DNA of 64,000 nt from Octopus vulgaris (Eukaryota): contig OX597823.1 in assembly GCA_951406725.2 (NCBI GenBank), forward strand, positions 76,508,001-76,572,000. The letters run 5' to 3'. Both the position numbers and the translations under genes were made by a program. The notes under the pieces were generated by a model. It worked only from the letters and a program-made list of their open reading frames with translations, was not told the DNA's origin and made no database searches. Position 1 is the first letter of the stretch, and each line of letters opens with the position of its first letter. Shown piece by piece: positions 63,056-64,000 of the stretch.

Positions 63056-64000
63056 TATATACAGTGGGTTTCAGTTCCCATCTACCAAATCCACTTGCAA
63101 GGCATTGGTTAGCCTGAGGCTATAGTAGACAACATTTGCTGAAGGTGCCACTCAGCAGGCCTGAACCTTAGACCATGTGGTTAAGGAACAAACTTCTTAC
63201 CACACAGCCACATCTAAGCCTCTTTGTCCAAGCATAAGCTCAATAATGACAAAATCTTTTTACTAGATTCTTCATTATTTTCAAATTTGGTTGAGACGGA
63301 AGCAATGTATTTTAACAAAAATGTGGTAAGAAATGTCTTAAATAGAAGGAGAATGCATTGAGCAAGATTAAGTTGCATTTCTCTCAATATTTAGATTTGT
63401 TACAATAAATTTTGTTCAAATATTGTTAGAATCAAACTAGTCTCATTAAAATAAGAACCAGTAATACACTTGTTATAACCAATATAGATTCCTATGAATA
63501 GTCAGACTAGTATCGGTATACTGCATTCAAAGTAGCCAGATTTTTTTGTAGCCAACATATAAAAAATTGTTTCTAATTTCATTTTTTTCCTTTCACTGAA
63601 TTTTACTTTTTCATTTTTGCTTTTAATTCTATTTAATTTTTACTATTTTTCTGTTTGTAATTTTCCATATTCAATAATGAAAATTATATTAAAACAAAGT
63701 AAACCATGAATAATAATGGGAAAAACTCTTGATCTTTTTACATCTCTAGAATTACAGGATATCCTTTATCAAGATCAAATAATTTGTCCATGAAATATTG
63801 GTTCCTGTAAGAAGAAAAAAAAACATTTAAAAAAATTTGTTTTAAATATAATATTATAATTCCATTCCTCACTTTTAGTAAAAGAAATTTATTTCATATG
63901 AAAGCAGCAGTAAAAATCAACCAATAATTTTATTCTGGTAATATAGTCATAAATTCTGAGTCTATATGCAAACTAAATATATTTTTCACTGTATATTTTA

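Overview
AT-rich, microsatellite- and SINE-dense eukaryotic (animal) genomic DNA. The repeat landscape resembles an octopus/cephalopod intergenic or intronic region; this attribution is inferred from the SINE families and is not proven. No host protein-coding gene can be supported. The dominant feature is a young, full-length Ty3/gypsy LTR retrotransposon on the minus strand (50877-56645). It has near-identical TG...CA LTRs, a 4-bp GGAG target-site duplication, a tRNA-Trp primer-binding site, a CHCC-type Gag knuckle (CsRn1/Kabuki/Boudicca-like) and an intact 1063-aa pol reached through a U_UUA_AAC -1 frameshift site. The rest of the window is a patchwork of several SINE families, two mariner remnants (one a fold-back derivative), two R4/Dong-like RLE LINE 3' ends sitting in (ACAT)n tracts, an RTE fragment, a non-autonomous Helitron, and hAT and piggyBac MITEs. 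The least expected signal is a set of sequence-unrelated short elements in (TA)n tracts. They carry minimal type-I hammerhead ribozyme cores and/or 70-120-bp inverted arms and are probably Penelope-like pLTR or retrozyme derivatives. Coordinates of degenerate repeats are approximate (about 10-20 bp).
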